A stretch of DNA of 64,000 nucleotides, taken from positions 512,001-576,000 of the forward strand of contig CAVTTN010000002.1 of the NCBI GenBank assembly GCA_963737655.1, given 5' to 3'. Shown here one piece after another: positions 12,601 to 24,127 of the stretch. Under the pieces are notes generated by a model. It did no database searches. It had not been told where the DNA came from and was given only the letters and a program-made list of their open reading frames with translations. Made by a program: the position numbers and the translations under genes. This stretch comes from an uncultured Planctomycetota bacterium. GTDB lineage: Bacteria; Planctomycetota; Planctomycetia; Isosphaerales; Isosphaeraceae. Position 1 is the first letter of the stretch, and each line of letters starts with the position of its first letter.

Positions 12601-15600
12601 CTGGCTGATGGTGATCTTCGGCGCGGCGTCGAGCTCGCCGTTGGGGCCGAGGAACTTGGTGTCGTCGAGCACCTCGGGCGGGGTGAACGACGAGGCGCCG
12701 TCGGACGACCCGGTCAGGACGATCGCGGCGACCTGGTCGGTCTTCTCGCTGTGGGTGTCGCCCAGCTCGTTGGTGGCCCAGGCGATGTAGACGTTGTTCG
12801 AGAAGGCGTCGTTCTGGGCCTTGCCGGTGGTCGGGTCGGTGAAGGCGGCGGCCTGGGCCTGGTTGAACGCGGTGCCGATCGGCATCCCGGTCAGCGAGTC
12901 GAAGGCCATGACCCGGTCGTTGAGCGAGTCGGTCACGTAGATCCGGCCGCGGAGGGCGTCGTAGGCGATCCCCTTCGGCGCGTTCAGGCCGGCGGTCGTG
13001 GCCACCAGCGTCTTGCTGAAGGCGCCGGTGTTGGCGTCGAAGACCAGGACGTTGTCGCTGGTCTGGCCGACGACGAACAGGTTCCCGCCGTTGAACGCCA
13101 GGCCGTCGGGGCCGATCAGCCCGTGGCCCTGGGCGGCGATGTTGAGGAACTGGCCGTTCAGGCCGTAGCGGAGGACTTCGTTGTTGTTGAAGCTGCTGAC
13201 GTAGAGCGTGCCGTCGGGCCCGAACCGGAGGGCCGAGGGGTTGCTCAGGCCGCCCGCCCGGGGCTGGACGAACGTCTCCACATACTCGCCGGTCACGCCG
13301 TCCAGGACGACCACGCGGTCATCCGAGGCGTCGGCGGCGAAGAGGTCGGGCCGGCCGTCGCCATTGACGTCCGGCCCCCAGGCCAGCCCGGTGTAGATGG
13401 CCGTGGGGGCGAGGGGGGCGAGGAACGTGCCGGTCGGGTCGTACTTGATGACCTGGTTGGTGTCCCGGCTGGAGACGTAGAGGGAGCCGTCGGCGCCGAC
13501 GGCCAGGCCGTCGGCGCTCTCCAGGCCGCCGGAGCCTCGGGCCACGATCGCCGAGACGAACGCGCCGGTGCCGGCGGCGTACTTCAGGACGCGGTTGTCC
13601 TGGAGGCTGCCGGCGGCGACCTGGGGATCGACGAAGGACGGCAGGACGGCCCCGCTGACGACCAGGAGGTTGCCGGCCGAGTCGAAGGCCAGGTCCACCG
13701 GGCCATCCAGGCCGCCGCTCTGCGGGGTGACGAAGACCTGATCGAAGGCGCCGGTGTTGGGCTTGTACCTCAGGACCGAGTCGGTCGCGAAGCTGCCGAC
13801 GTAGAGGTAGCCGGTCGTCTTGTCGAAGGCCAACCCCGTCGCCCCGGCCAGGCCGCCGGAACCGGCCGAGACGTAGTTGCCCAGGTAGGCCCCGGTGGTG
13901 ATGGCGAACTTCAGGACCTTGCTCGATGCGGCGGTGCCGGTGCCGTAATCGGCCACGTAGAGGTTGCCGTCGGGCCCGACGGTGATCCCCTCGGCGTGGA
14001 GCAGGTTGCCTCCCCCGGAGGGCACCAGGGCGTCCAGGAACAGGCCGGTCTTGGCGTCGAACCGGAGGATCTGCGAGGGGTCCTTGGCCAGGAGGCCTCG
14101 GGGGTCGGTCACCGGGTTGAACGTCGAGCTGGCGACGAACAGGTAGCGGCCGTCGGCCGAGAACGCCAGGCCCTGGGGCTTGGACAGGCCGCCGCTCAGC
14201 GGGGCGATGAACGTGCCGAGGAGGGCCCCGGTCGTCGGGTTATACCGGACGATGCTGTTCGTGCCCGGGCTGGAGACGTAGAGCAGGCCGTCCGGGCCGA
14301 TCGTCTCGAATCCGGGATCGACCGGAGGGGCGACGACCAGGTCACCCTGGGGCAGGCCGGTGGTGGCGTCGAACCTCAACACATTGTCCGAGCCGGCGCT
14401 GGAGACCAGGAGCTTGAGGGCGCCGGTGCTATCGGCGGCGAAGACCAAGCCGTCGGGCTTCGAGAGGGTCTGGCTGCCCTCGGGCACGGCGGTCTTGACC
14501 AGGTTCCCCTTGGCGTCGGGAAGGAGCTGGATGGTGTAGTTGGCGGCGACGAAGTCGGTCTGGAGCCGGCCGGAGGTGTCGTACTTGAGGACGGCGTCGG
14601 TCGCGGCCGAGGAGACGTACATGTTCCCGGCGGCGTCGAAGGCGATCCGCTGGGGCTGGCCGAGGGGGCCCGGGGTGAAGTTGCCGAGGGGCTCGCCGGT
14701 GGTGGTGGTGTAGGCCAGGATCTGGTTGGTGCCGAAGCTGGCGACGAGCATCCCGGTCGGCGTGAAGACGATCGATTCGGGCTGGAACAGGCCGTCCCGG
14801 TTGGGCTTGACGATCACGTCGATGAACGAGCCGGTCGAGCCGTTGTAGCGGATGACCTGATCGTTGGCGAGGTCCGTGACGTAGAGGGTGCCGCCGGAGT
14901 CGAAGCCCAGGCCCTGGGCGGCGCCCAGCCCGCCGGCGCCGGCCTTGACGAAGACGGCCCCGGTGTTGCCCGGGGCGGGGTCGGCCACCCCGGCCGAGGT
15001 GAACCGGAACACGCCCGAGCCCGAGGCCACATACAGGTTGCCCGACGCATCGACGATCAGGCCCTCGGCCGGGCCGCCGAGGCTCCCGGCCGGGACGAAT
15101 GTCGCCCCGCCGTTGCCGGCGGAAGGCAGGGGGGTGCCGGCCGCCGCCTTGAACCGGAGCACCTGGCTCCCGCTGGAGACGTACAGGTTGCCCGAGGCGT
15201 CGAACGCCAGCCCCTCGGGCACCGTCAGCCCGCCGGAGCCGGCCTGGACGAAGATGCCGAGGTACGCCCCGGTGATCAGGTTGTACTTGAGGACCTGGCC
15301 CATCCCGCCCGGCCCGGTGCTGGCCACGTACAGGTTGTGGTCCAGGGGGCTGATGGCCATCGCCTGGGGGCCGATCAGGCCGCCCGAACCTCGGTAGATG
15401 AACGCATCGACGAACGCCCCGGTCGCCCCGTCGAACCGGAGGACCTCGTTATTCTGCTGGTTGGCCACGTAGATCAGGCCGTTGGGATACTGCGAAGCCA
15501 GGGCCCCGAGCTGCGAGGCCTTCACGTACAGGACCGCCGTCGGCGTCTCCAGGTTCTCGGAGTTGGCCTGCTGGATGAACATGCCGTTGGCCGCCGAGTA

Positions 15601-18600
15601 TTGCAGGACCTGATTGGTGTCCTGGCTGGCGACGTAGAGGCTGCCGTTGGAGAAGGTCAGGCCGATCGGCGTGACCAGCCCTCGGGGCGTGAACGGCCCG
15701 ATGAAGATCCCGTTGGGGTCGTAGGCCAGGACCACGTTGGTGTCCCGGCTGGAGACCAGCAAGTCGCCGTTGGGCGCGAAGACGACGCCCTGGGGGGTCG
15801 TCAGGTCGCCGGCCCCGGTCGGGACGAAGTGATCGATGAACAGCCCGGTGTTGCCGTCGTAGCGGAGGACCTCGTTCGTGCCGGCGCTGGAGACGTAGAG
15901 GTTGCCGTCCGGGCCGAAGACCAGACCCTGGGGCTTGGCCAAGCCGCCGGAGCCGGGCGTCACGAAGACCGAGTTGAACTGGAACGTGTTGATGTTGTAG
16001 GACAGGACGTCGTTCGAGCCGCCGTCGCTGACCATCAGCAGGGCGGAGTTGTTCGGGTCCAGCGCCACGTCCTCGGGGCTGGCCAGGGTCGGCGGGTTGA
16101 GGTTGCCGACCGGGGCCCCGGTCGTGTCGTAGGCCAGGACGTTGTTGGACCCGAAGCTGGAGAGCAGGAAGGCGTTCCGGGCCGGGTCGAAGGTGAAGCC
16201 CGTGGGGGTGTTCAGGCCGCCGGCGCCGGAGGCGATGAAGGTGCCCAGGAACTTGCCGTCGTTGGCGTTGAATAGCAGGCTGTATTCCAGGACGCTGCTG
16301 GTCCCCTGGCTGGCGACCAGGAGGACCTGGGTCGGCGTCCCCGCGACGGACACCGTGGCGACCTGCATCCGCTCGGGGATCGACAAACCACCGTTATTGG
16401 CGGTGCCGACCAGGACCGTCAGCGTGTTGGTGCCGATCACGTAGCGAAAGACTTCGCTGTTGCCGCCGTCGTCGATGTAGAGCTGGCCGCTGGCGTCGAA
16501 CAGGAGGCCGGTGGGGGACTTGATCCCGGAGTTCGGCGCGAGCAGGTAGGCGGTCCCGGCGTTGGCCGTGACGGTCGAGGGCAGGGGGGCCCGGTCTTGC
16601 CGTCGAAGCGGTCGACCGAGCCGTTGATCGAGTCGGACACGTAGAGGTTGCCGTCGGGCCCGAAGATCAGGCCATCGGGCGAGGCCGGGGCGACGGTCAC
16701 GGCCCCGCTATCGACGAACACGCCGAGGTAGGCGCCGGTCGTGGCGTCGAACTTGAGGATCTGGCCGGTCCCCTGGCTGCCCACATACAGCGTGTTGTCG
16801 CCGGAGGGGCCGAAGGTCATCCCCTTGGGCGAGCTCAGGCCGCCCGAGCCCTTGGCGACGAAGATCCCGAGGAACGCGCCGGTCTTGCCGTCGTACTCCA
16901 GGACCTCGTTGTTGGTCTGGCTGGCGACGTAGGCGTTGCCGTTGGGGCCGATCACGACCTCCTCGGGGCCGAGCAGGGCCTCGGGGTCGGTGTAGCCGAG
17001 GAACGCGCCGGTCGTGGCGTCGTAGCGGAAGATCCGGCCCGAGGTGTTGCCGGCGACGTACAGGGTGCCGTCGCCCGAGTTGTTCGTCGGGTTGATCGTC
17101 AGGCCGTCGGGGCCGTGGACCGGGGGCGGGGTGAAGCCGTAGACCCCGGGGAGGGTGAAGACGTTCTGGCCGGTGGCCGAGTACTTGAAGACCTGGCCGT
17201 TGGCTTGCCCGACGACGAAGAGATTGCCCGAGGCGTCCAGGACCAGGCCGCTGGGCGTGGCGATCCCCGACTCGCCGGAGGGGACCAGCGAGGCCCCCTT
17301 CAGCCCGGGGCCGGGCAGCGCCTTGCCGGCCTTGGTCACCGGGTCGTAGGCGAACCTCAGGACCGAGTTGGTCCCCTGGCTGACCACGTCGAGGTTCCCG
17401 CCGGAGTCGAAGGCGATGCCAACGGGACTGGTCAGGCCGTTGGCGCCCGAGGCGACGTAGGCCCGGACGAACGCGCCGGTGGCGGCGGCGTACTCCAGGA
17501 CCTGGCCGGTCAGGTTGCTGGCGACGTAGAGGTCGCCCTTGGAGTCGAAGGCCAGGCCCTCGGGCCCGTTCAGGCCGCCGGAGCCGGCCTTGACGAAGAC
17601 CCCGGTGCCCACCGGGTTGCCGTTCGAGTCGTACCTCAGGACCTCGTCGGTGTTCTGGCTACCCACGTAGACGTTGCCCGAGGCGTCGACGGCCAGGCCC
17701 TCGGGCAGCCCGAGCTCGCCCCCGGAGTTGACGAACACGCCGAGTAACGCGCCGGTCGTCGCGTTGTACTTGAGGACCTGGTTGGTCGCGTGGCTGCTCA
17801 CGTAGAGCACCCCGTTGGCGAACAGGATGCCCTCCGGGGCCTTCAGGCCGCCGTTGAGCGTCGGGTCCGACGGGATGAACGACTTCAGGAACGCGCCGGT
17901 CTTGCCGTCGTACTGGTTGACCTCGTTGCCGTCCCGGCTGGTCACGTACAGGTTGCCGTCGGGGCCGATGGCGTCGAACTGAGGGGCGTGGAGCGGGTCG
18001 GGGATGAACACGCCCTGATAGGCGCCGGTCGTCGCGTTGTACTGCAACACCTGGTCGGTCGCGTAGCTGCTGACCAGCAGGAGGTTGCCGTCGAAGGTGA
18101 TCCCCCGGGGCTGGGTCAGGCCGCCATTGAGCGCCGGGTTGCCCGAGACGAACACCTTGACGAACTTGCCGGTCTTGCCGTCGTACTCGATGACCTCGTT
18201 GCCGTCGCGGCTGGCGACGAACAGGTCGCCGTTGGGGCCGAAGACGGCCCCCTCCGGGGCGTCCAGGGGCTCGGGCGTGAAGGTCCCGATCAGGGAGCCG
18301 GTCGTCCCGCTGTACTCGATCACCCTCTCGGTCTTTGAGCTGGTGACGTAGAGGTTGCCCTGGTAGAACGCCAGGCCCTGGGGGCCGCTGAGCTTGCCGT
18401 TGAGCGTCGGGTCTCCCGAGACGAAGACGCTCGTGCCCTTGGGCAGGCCGGCGATCGGCTGGCCGGTCTTGCCGTTGAAGACCAGCACCTTGTTGTCGAA
18501 CCCGTTGCCGACGAAGAGGTCGGAGTAGCCGTCGCCGCTGACGTCCGTGCCGAAGGCGATCCCCTCGGGCTCGTTCAGCCCGGCGCTGCCGGAGGCGACG

Positions 18601-20560
18601 AACGTCCCCAGGGACTGGCCGGTCTTCGGGTCGTACCGGACGATGCTATCGGTGGACTGGCTGACGACGTACAGGTAGCCGTCGGGGCCGAGGGTCGAAT
18701 CGCCCGGGGCCGCCAGGGGCTCGGGCGTGATCGAGGAGATGAACGTGCCCGGGCTGGCCGAGGCCGCCCCGGTGTAATGCAGGACCTGGTTGGTGTTCTG
18801 GCTGGAGACGTAGAGCGACCCGTCGGGCGCGAAGGCCAGGCCCGCCGGGCCGTTCAGGGCCCCGCTGTTGGGCGGGACGAACGTGCCGAGGAACACGCCC
18901 GTGTTCTTGTCGAACTGGTAGACCGCGCCGGTCTTGTTGCTGCCGACGAACAGGTTGCCGTTGGGGCCGAACACCAGGCCGTCGGGCCCGGTCAGGCCGC
19001 CGGTGGGCGGGGCGAGGAACGAGCTGAGGAACGTGCCGTTGGCCCCGGTGAACCGGAGGACCTCATTGGTGTTGTAGCTGGCGACGTAGAGGTTGCCGTT
19101 GTCGTCGGTGTTGAACGCCAGGCTGGTCGGGCCGCTGAGGTCGTTGCCCGGGGCCGTCCCGGTCGTCGCGAAGATGGTGGAGCCGGCGAACAGGTCGGTC
19201 TTGGCGTCCAGGGTGTAGCGGATGATCTGATTGGTGTTGAAGCTGCTGACGTAGAGCTGCTTGTCGGGGCCGAAGACCAGCCCCCTCGGGCCGCTCAGGC
19301 CGGCGTTGTTGGCCTGGGTGACGACCACGTCCAGGAACGCGCCGGTCTTGCCGTCGTAGCGGAAGATCTGGTTGGTGCCCGCGGCGGCCACGTACAGCTT
19401 GCCGTCGGGGCCGAAGGCCAGGCCCTGGGGCTGGCTCAGGCCGCCCTCGCCCGACGGCACGAACGAGCCGAGGAACGCGCCGGTCCCGGCGTTGTAGCGG
19501 AGGACGGCGTCGGTGTCCCGGCTGCTCACGTAGAGGTTGCCGTCGGGGCCGATGACCTCGTCGCTGGGCGCCTCGGCGCCACGAGGGACTGGTCGAACTC
19601 GCCGAGGGAGGCACCGGTGGTGCCGTCGACCTGGATCACCCGGCCGGTCTGGAGATTGGAGATGAACAGGTCGCCGCTGGTCGGGTCGAAGGCCACGTCA
19701 TCGGGCCGGAAGAGGTCCGAGCCCGAGGCGAAGACGCTGGTGAACTGGCCGTTCGAGCCGAGGTACTGGTCGACCTGGTTCAGGCTGTCCGACGCGACGT
19801 AGACGTTGTTATCGGGCCCGACGGTGATGCCCGAGGTCGTCCCGGTCGGCTGGGTCACCACGGCGTTGCCGGCCGAGGTGTCCACGGCGAGGGTGGGGGT
19901 GAAGGCCTGGTCCCCCTGGCCGCCGGTCGGGTCGTACCACTGGTGGACGATCTTGTTGGCGAGCGTCAGGTTGGGCGTCGGGTTGGTGAAGTTGTACTTC
20001 TGGAGGACGATCGCCCCGCTCTTGTAGTCGATCGTGTGCTCGTCGGAGACCACGTAGAAGTTGTGCTGGCGGTCGAAGGCCGCCGAGGTGTCGGTCGTGA
20101 AGGGATAGACCGTGGTGTAGGTCGGGTTCCCCTTGGCGTCGAAGGTCGGGGCGCCCTGGGAGGGATCGTAGGCCGGGGCCGGCAAGGAGAGGCCGAGCGT
20201 GGCGTTGCTCGTGAGCTTCGTCCAGTTCTGGCCGCCGTTGGTCGTGTAGGCCAACTCGCCCACTTCCTGGAGCGTCCCGGGGAGGTCGCCGGCCGTGTCG
20301 GTCCTGGACCAGACGGCCACCGCCTTCGTCGGGTCGAGCGGATCGACGGTGACCGTCGGCGACTGCGTGTCGTCGGCCGTGTTGGCCACGTTCGAGTGAT
20401 AGAGGATCGTCGGCGGCGGCAAGACCGCCATCAGCGTCCGCGCCTCGAGCGGCTCCAGGGCCAGCCTGCGCAGGCGATCGCGACCGGTCGGATCCACTCG
20501 CTTCCGCAGCTGTCCGAGGCTTCGCGCGGCGGGGTATCGCTTCTCAGACGGCGACGTCAT
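679..20560 (-). CDS. giant secreted/surface repeat protein (~6,627 aa if two single-base deletions are corrected): NHL-like propellers, Asp-box/BNR propellers, two P-proprotein convertase domains, 13 Ig-like repeats, 6 FG-GAP-like repeats
   Basis: Three consecutive minus-strand ORFs whose repeats continue across frame changes at ~19575 and ~16590. ATG at 20560 is followed by RLRRLALEPLEARTLMA (planctomycete extracellular-protein motif). Motifs: GLAFGPDGNLYV, SxDGGxTW, GTWxLxIxD, DTG..D.IT, GDFDGDGKTD. Confidence 0.85.
1050..1880 (-). repeat. six FG-GAP/VCBS-like repeats (C-terminal Ca-binding propeller)
   Basis: GDYDGDGRTD, GDFDGDGKAD, 3x GDFDGDGKTD, ANYDGDSKTD at ~45-aa spacing; boundaries approximate. 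Confidence 0.85.
1885..6085 (-). repeat. 13 tandem bacterial Ig-like repeats (SiiE/Big_13-like)
   Basis: 13 units of ~100-115 aa with D[TS]G...D..T...P.F and D.AGN...IDT motifs; boundaries approximate. Confidence 0.85.
12865..19860 (-). repeat. array of 48 NHL/Vgb-like beta-propeller blades
   Basis: Counted by hand from the P.GL.FGPDG.LYV.S....V..Y/F motif across the three frames. Confidence 0.85.
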
Positions 20561-21126
20561 GGCAACCTCGCGGTCGATTCGGGAGGAGGGATCCGGATGT
20601 ACGCAAGCCTTCGACTTCGAGAGGCTCGGATAAGGACGAACGAGAATAATCAACTCGCCAACTGTAAAGAAAGATCCGACCCGGCAAATCGTGAAAATTC
20701 TTCTCAAAGTCGGAGCCGAGTCGCAGTTGAATGCATGCAAGCTGTCAGTGCCGGGCACGGCGCGGGCGGGACCCCGAGGGGGGAGGCGGGCGGACATGGA
20801 ACGTACAGATCAGGAGTGAGTGAAGTCAAGAAGTCACCGTTGGATGTTCGACGGGCGTCCATCGGCGGAGACTCGGCGCGGAGGGGCGCCGGAATGGCTC
20901 GGGAATGCGGGCTTGATCGCGATCAAGCGAATATATCACAGTCCTCCCCGCATCTTGAGGATTATGAAAAATGGGCAGGAGGGGCAGGCCGTCGGACCGT
21001 GTCGAAAAGAAGGGACATGAGGCCGAAAACCGGCTTCGATGCCCTTGACGGGATCGTCGGTCGGTGGTATGACTCGCCCGCCCCGCCGGGGCCCATTCGA
21101 TTCTCCGAACCAGGGAAGGTCCGGAC

Positions 21127-21789
21127 GTGATCGCCACCGAACCCCGGCCCGACCGGACGGCCCTCCGCGCCGATTCCGGCCGCGCCGAAGCCCCGACGCC
21201 CCACGCCCGGCCGACGGAGGCCCGGCCGTCCGGCCCGGCCCGCGTCCTGATCCTGGGCGACGCCGACGGCCCGATGGCCCGCCGCGCCGAGGCCGAGCTC
21301 GGCCAGGCCCGCGCCCTGATCGCCGACCTGTCCCGCGCCCTGGACTCGGCCCACGCCCGGGCCGAGGCCGCCGCCGGCCGCGAGAGGGCCGCGCGATCGG
21401 CCATGCTCGCCGCCCAGGCCGAGCTGCTCGATCGCGACCGCCAGTTCCTCGCCATGGCCGACGAGCTCCTGGCCCATCGCGACGCCCGGGAGGCCGAGGT
21501 CGTCCGTCGCGAGGCCGAGATCGAGGCCCGGGTCGCCCACGTCGAGGCCCTCCGCGAAGCCCTGGAGGCCTGGCACGCCCGCAGCGAGGCGGAATTCGAG
21601 AATTCCAAGGCGGCCCTGGTCATCCAGAGAGACGCCGCCCACCAGCACGCCCTGGCCGCCGAGACCCGCTGTCGGAGCCTGGAGAACCGCGTCGAACACG
21701 TCCTGATGGAAGTCCCCCGGCGGGTCCTCCGGGCGATCCGGGCCCGAGGGAAGCGACGACCGGCGGAGTCGCCGTCGTCCGAGTCCTGA
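21127..21789 (+). CDS. hypothetical coiled-coil protein
   Basis: 220-aa A/E/R-rich helical ORF with GC3-biased codons, directly upstream of the GT2 gene; TTGACG -35-like box at 21045. Confidence 0.65.
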   Translation: MIATEPRPDRTALRADSGRAEAPTPHARPTEARPSGPARVLILGDADGPMARRAEAELGQARALIADLSRALDSAHARAEAAAGRERAARSAMLAAQAELLDRDRQFLAMADELLAHRDAREAEVVRREAEIEARVAHVEALREALEAWHARSEAEFENSKAALVIQRDAAHQHALAAETRCRSLENRVEHVLMEVPRRVLRAIRARGKRRPAESPSSES

Positions 21790-21844
21790 GGCCCCACCCG
21801 ACCCGACCCGACGAGACGACCGACCGGCACGGAGGCCGGCCCCC

Positions 21845-22798
21845 ATGCCCGATGTCTCGGTGATCCTCCCGGTCTTCAACCTCTCGGCCGTCACGAGGAG
21901 CTGCCTGGAACGGCTCCTGGGCGAGCCCGCCGGCCGGTTCGATCGGGAGCTGATCGTCGTCGATGACGCCTCGACCGACGGCACCCCCGCGATGCTCCGG
22001 TCCTTCGGGACGAGAATCCGCGTGGTGACCCACCCCGAGAATGCCGGGTTCGCCCGGTCGTGCAACGACGGGGCGGCCGTCGCCTCGGGCCGCTGGCTCG
22101 TCTTCCTGAACAACGACACGCTGCCCTTGCCCGGCTGGCTCGACGCCCTGGTGAACCACGCCCACGAGCACCCCGAGGCCGCCGTCGTCGGCTCGAAGCT
22201 GCTCTATCCCGACGGGACGATCCAGCACGCCGGGATGGTGATCGACGCCGACCTGGAGCCTCGCCACATCTACCTCGGCTTCCCCGCCGATCACCCGGCC
22301 GTGAACCGCGCCAGGGCCTATCGGATGGTCACCGGCGCCTCGATGCTGATCCCTCGGGCGACGTTCGAGACCGCCGGGGGGTTCGACCCGAGGTTCCGCA
22401 ACGGCTACGAGGACGTGGATTTGTGCCTCCGCCTGGGCCGGGTTGGCCGGGAGGTCCATTACTGCCCGTCGAGCGCCCTGATCCACCTGGAATCGGTCTC
22501 CGAGGGGCGGACGGCGCACGACTCGGCCAATCATGAGCTTTATTGCCAGAGGTGGAAGCCGTCGCTCTCCCCCGACGACGTGCTTTATTACCTCCGGGAC
22601 GGCCTGATCCGGTTCTCTTATGGCGGATCGGCACCGATCTCGGTGCGGGTTTCTCCCGAGCTCGGGGTGATCGACGACGAGGCCCGCCGGGACGAGGCCG
22701 ACCGGCTCCTCCGGGAGCGTTCGAAGCAGGTGTTCGCGATGCTCAAGGAGAATATCGGGCTGAGGGTCCGCCCCCCGGGCGGCGCGATCTCGGCCTGA
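21845..22798 (+). CDS. glycosyltransferase family 2
   Basis: [49 protein letters not shown]. Confidence 0.93.
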   Translation: MPDVSVILPVFNLSAVTRSCLERLLGEPAGRFDRELIVVDDASTDGTPAMLRSFGTRIRVVTHPENAGFARSCNDGAAVASGRWLVFLNNDTLPLPGWLDALVNHAHEHPEAAVVGSKLLYPDGTIQHAGMVIDADLEPRHIYLGFPADHPAVNRARAYRMVTGASMLIPRATFETAGGFDPRFRNGYEDVDLCLRLGRVGREVHYCPSSALIHLESVSEGRTAHDSANHELYCQRWKPSLSPDDVLYYLRDGLIRFSYGGSAPISVRVSPELGVIDDEARRDEADRLLRERSKQVFAMLKENIGLRVRPPGGAISA

Positions 22799-22863
22799 GG
22801 CGATCGAGACGGGGCGGCCGGAACCCGCCCCGTACAGACTTCCCCGAACCCGTCGAGGTGCCG

Positions 22864-23958
22864 ATGAAGATCCTGGCCGAACAGGGCGAGAACCTCGCCG
22901 ACAGCGGACCTCCGCGGATCGTGGTGACCGGAGGCGCGGGCTTCATCGGCTCGGCGCTGGTCCGCCAGCTGATCCGGGAGACCCCGGCCGTGGTCCTGAA
23001 CCTGGACAAGCTGACCTACGCCGGAGACCTCTCGTCGCTGGCCGAGGCCGCCTCCAGCCCGCGATATTCGTTCGAGAGGGTGGACATCGCCGACCCCGGC
23101 GAGGTCCGCCGGGTCCTCGACGCCTTCCGGCCCACCGCCATCATGCACCTGGCCGCCGAGTCCCACGTCGATCGCTCGATCGACGGCCCGGCCGACTTCG
23201 TCCGCACCAACATCGTCGGCACCTTCACCCTGCTGGAAGCCGCCCTCCGCTCCTGGAGGGACCGGGGCCAGCCCGAAGGCTTCCGCTTCCTCCACGTCTC
23301 GACCGACGAGGTCTTCGGCACCCTGGGCGACACCGGCTTCTTCGTCGAGGACACCCCCTACGCCCCGAACTCGCCGTACTCCGCGAGCAAGGCGTCGAGC
23401 GATCACCTGGTCCGGGCGTGGCACCACACCTACGGCTTGCCCACCCTCATGACCAATTGTTCGAACAATTACGGGCCTTACCAGTTCCCCGAGAAGCTGA
23501 TCCCCCTGGTGATCCGCAACGCCATCGCCGGCAAGCCCCTGCCGATCTACGGCAAGGGGGACAACACCCGGGACTGGCTGTTCGTGGACGACCACGCCCG
23601 CGCCCTGAGGCTCGTCCTGGACGAGGGGAAGGTCGGCGAGTCGTACAACATCGGCGGCCACAACGAGAAGACGAACCTGGAAGTCGTCCACGCGATCTGC
23701 GGGCTCCTCGACGAGCTCCTGCCCGATTCGCCGCACCGCCCCCACGCCTCTCTGATCACCTACGTGAAGGACCGCCCGGGGCACGACAAGCGCTACGCCA
23801 TCGACGCCGCCAAGATCGGCCGGGAGCTCGGCTGGTCGCCCGCCGAGAACTTCGAGACCGGGCTCAGGCGAACGGTCGAGTGGTATCTCGAGAACCGCGC
23901 CTGGAGGGCCGCCGGCGCCTACCAGGGCGAGAGGCTGGGCCTGGTCCGGGCCGGGTGA
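22864..23958 (+). CDS. rfbB: dTDP-glucose 4,6-dehydratase
   Basis: [66 protein letters not shown]; start chosen after the GAGG RBS. Confidence 0.96.
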   Translation: MKILAEQGENLADSGPPRIVVTGGAGFIGSALVRQLIRETPAVVLNLDKLTYAGDLSSLAEAASSPRYSFERVDIADPGEVRRVLDAFRPTAIMHLAAESHVDRSIDGPADFVRTNIVGTFTLLEAALRSWRDRGQPEGFRFLHVSTDEVFGTLGDTGFFVEDTPYAPNSPYSASKASSDHLVRAWHHTYGLPTLMTNCSNNYGPYQFPEKLIPLVIRNAIAGKPLPIYGKGDNTRDWLFVDDHARALRLVLDEGKVGESYNIGGHNEKTNLEVVHAICGLLDELLPDSPHRPHASLITYVKDRPGHDKRYAIDAAKIGRELGWSPAENFETGLRRTVEWYLENRAWRAAGAYQGERLGLVRAG

Positions 23959-24127
23959 CGAATCCTCGTCGAAGGGGCTTTCCTGCCCCCAACGGCGCCT
24001 TTGGCTCGAAAAATCGTCTTCACGGTCGTACAATCGGGCATCTCTTGAAGATCACACGAGATGCGTTCCTGATAAGAACATCGGTCCGGGGCGAAGCGGC
24101 CCCCGGCGCGAAAGGACGCGGTCGTTC

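Noticed and set aside
1030..16275. 5,081-aa plus-strand ORF
   Set aside because: Antisense shadow of the giant gene caused by GC3 codon bias; V/G/D/R-rich with no motifs. The same applies to most overlapping ORFs in the track.
16580..19580. Programmed ribosomal frameshifting or phase variation in the giant gene
   Set aside because: No canonical slippery heptamer at either site and the homopolymer runs are short; single-base loss is the simpler explanation
22543..22863. Long N-terminal extensions on rfbB (and likewise on the ORFs starting at 35058, 49992 and 53797)
   Set aside because: They overlap upstream genes in another frame; internal starts with clear RBS fit the family lengths
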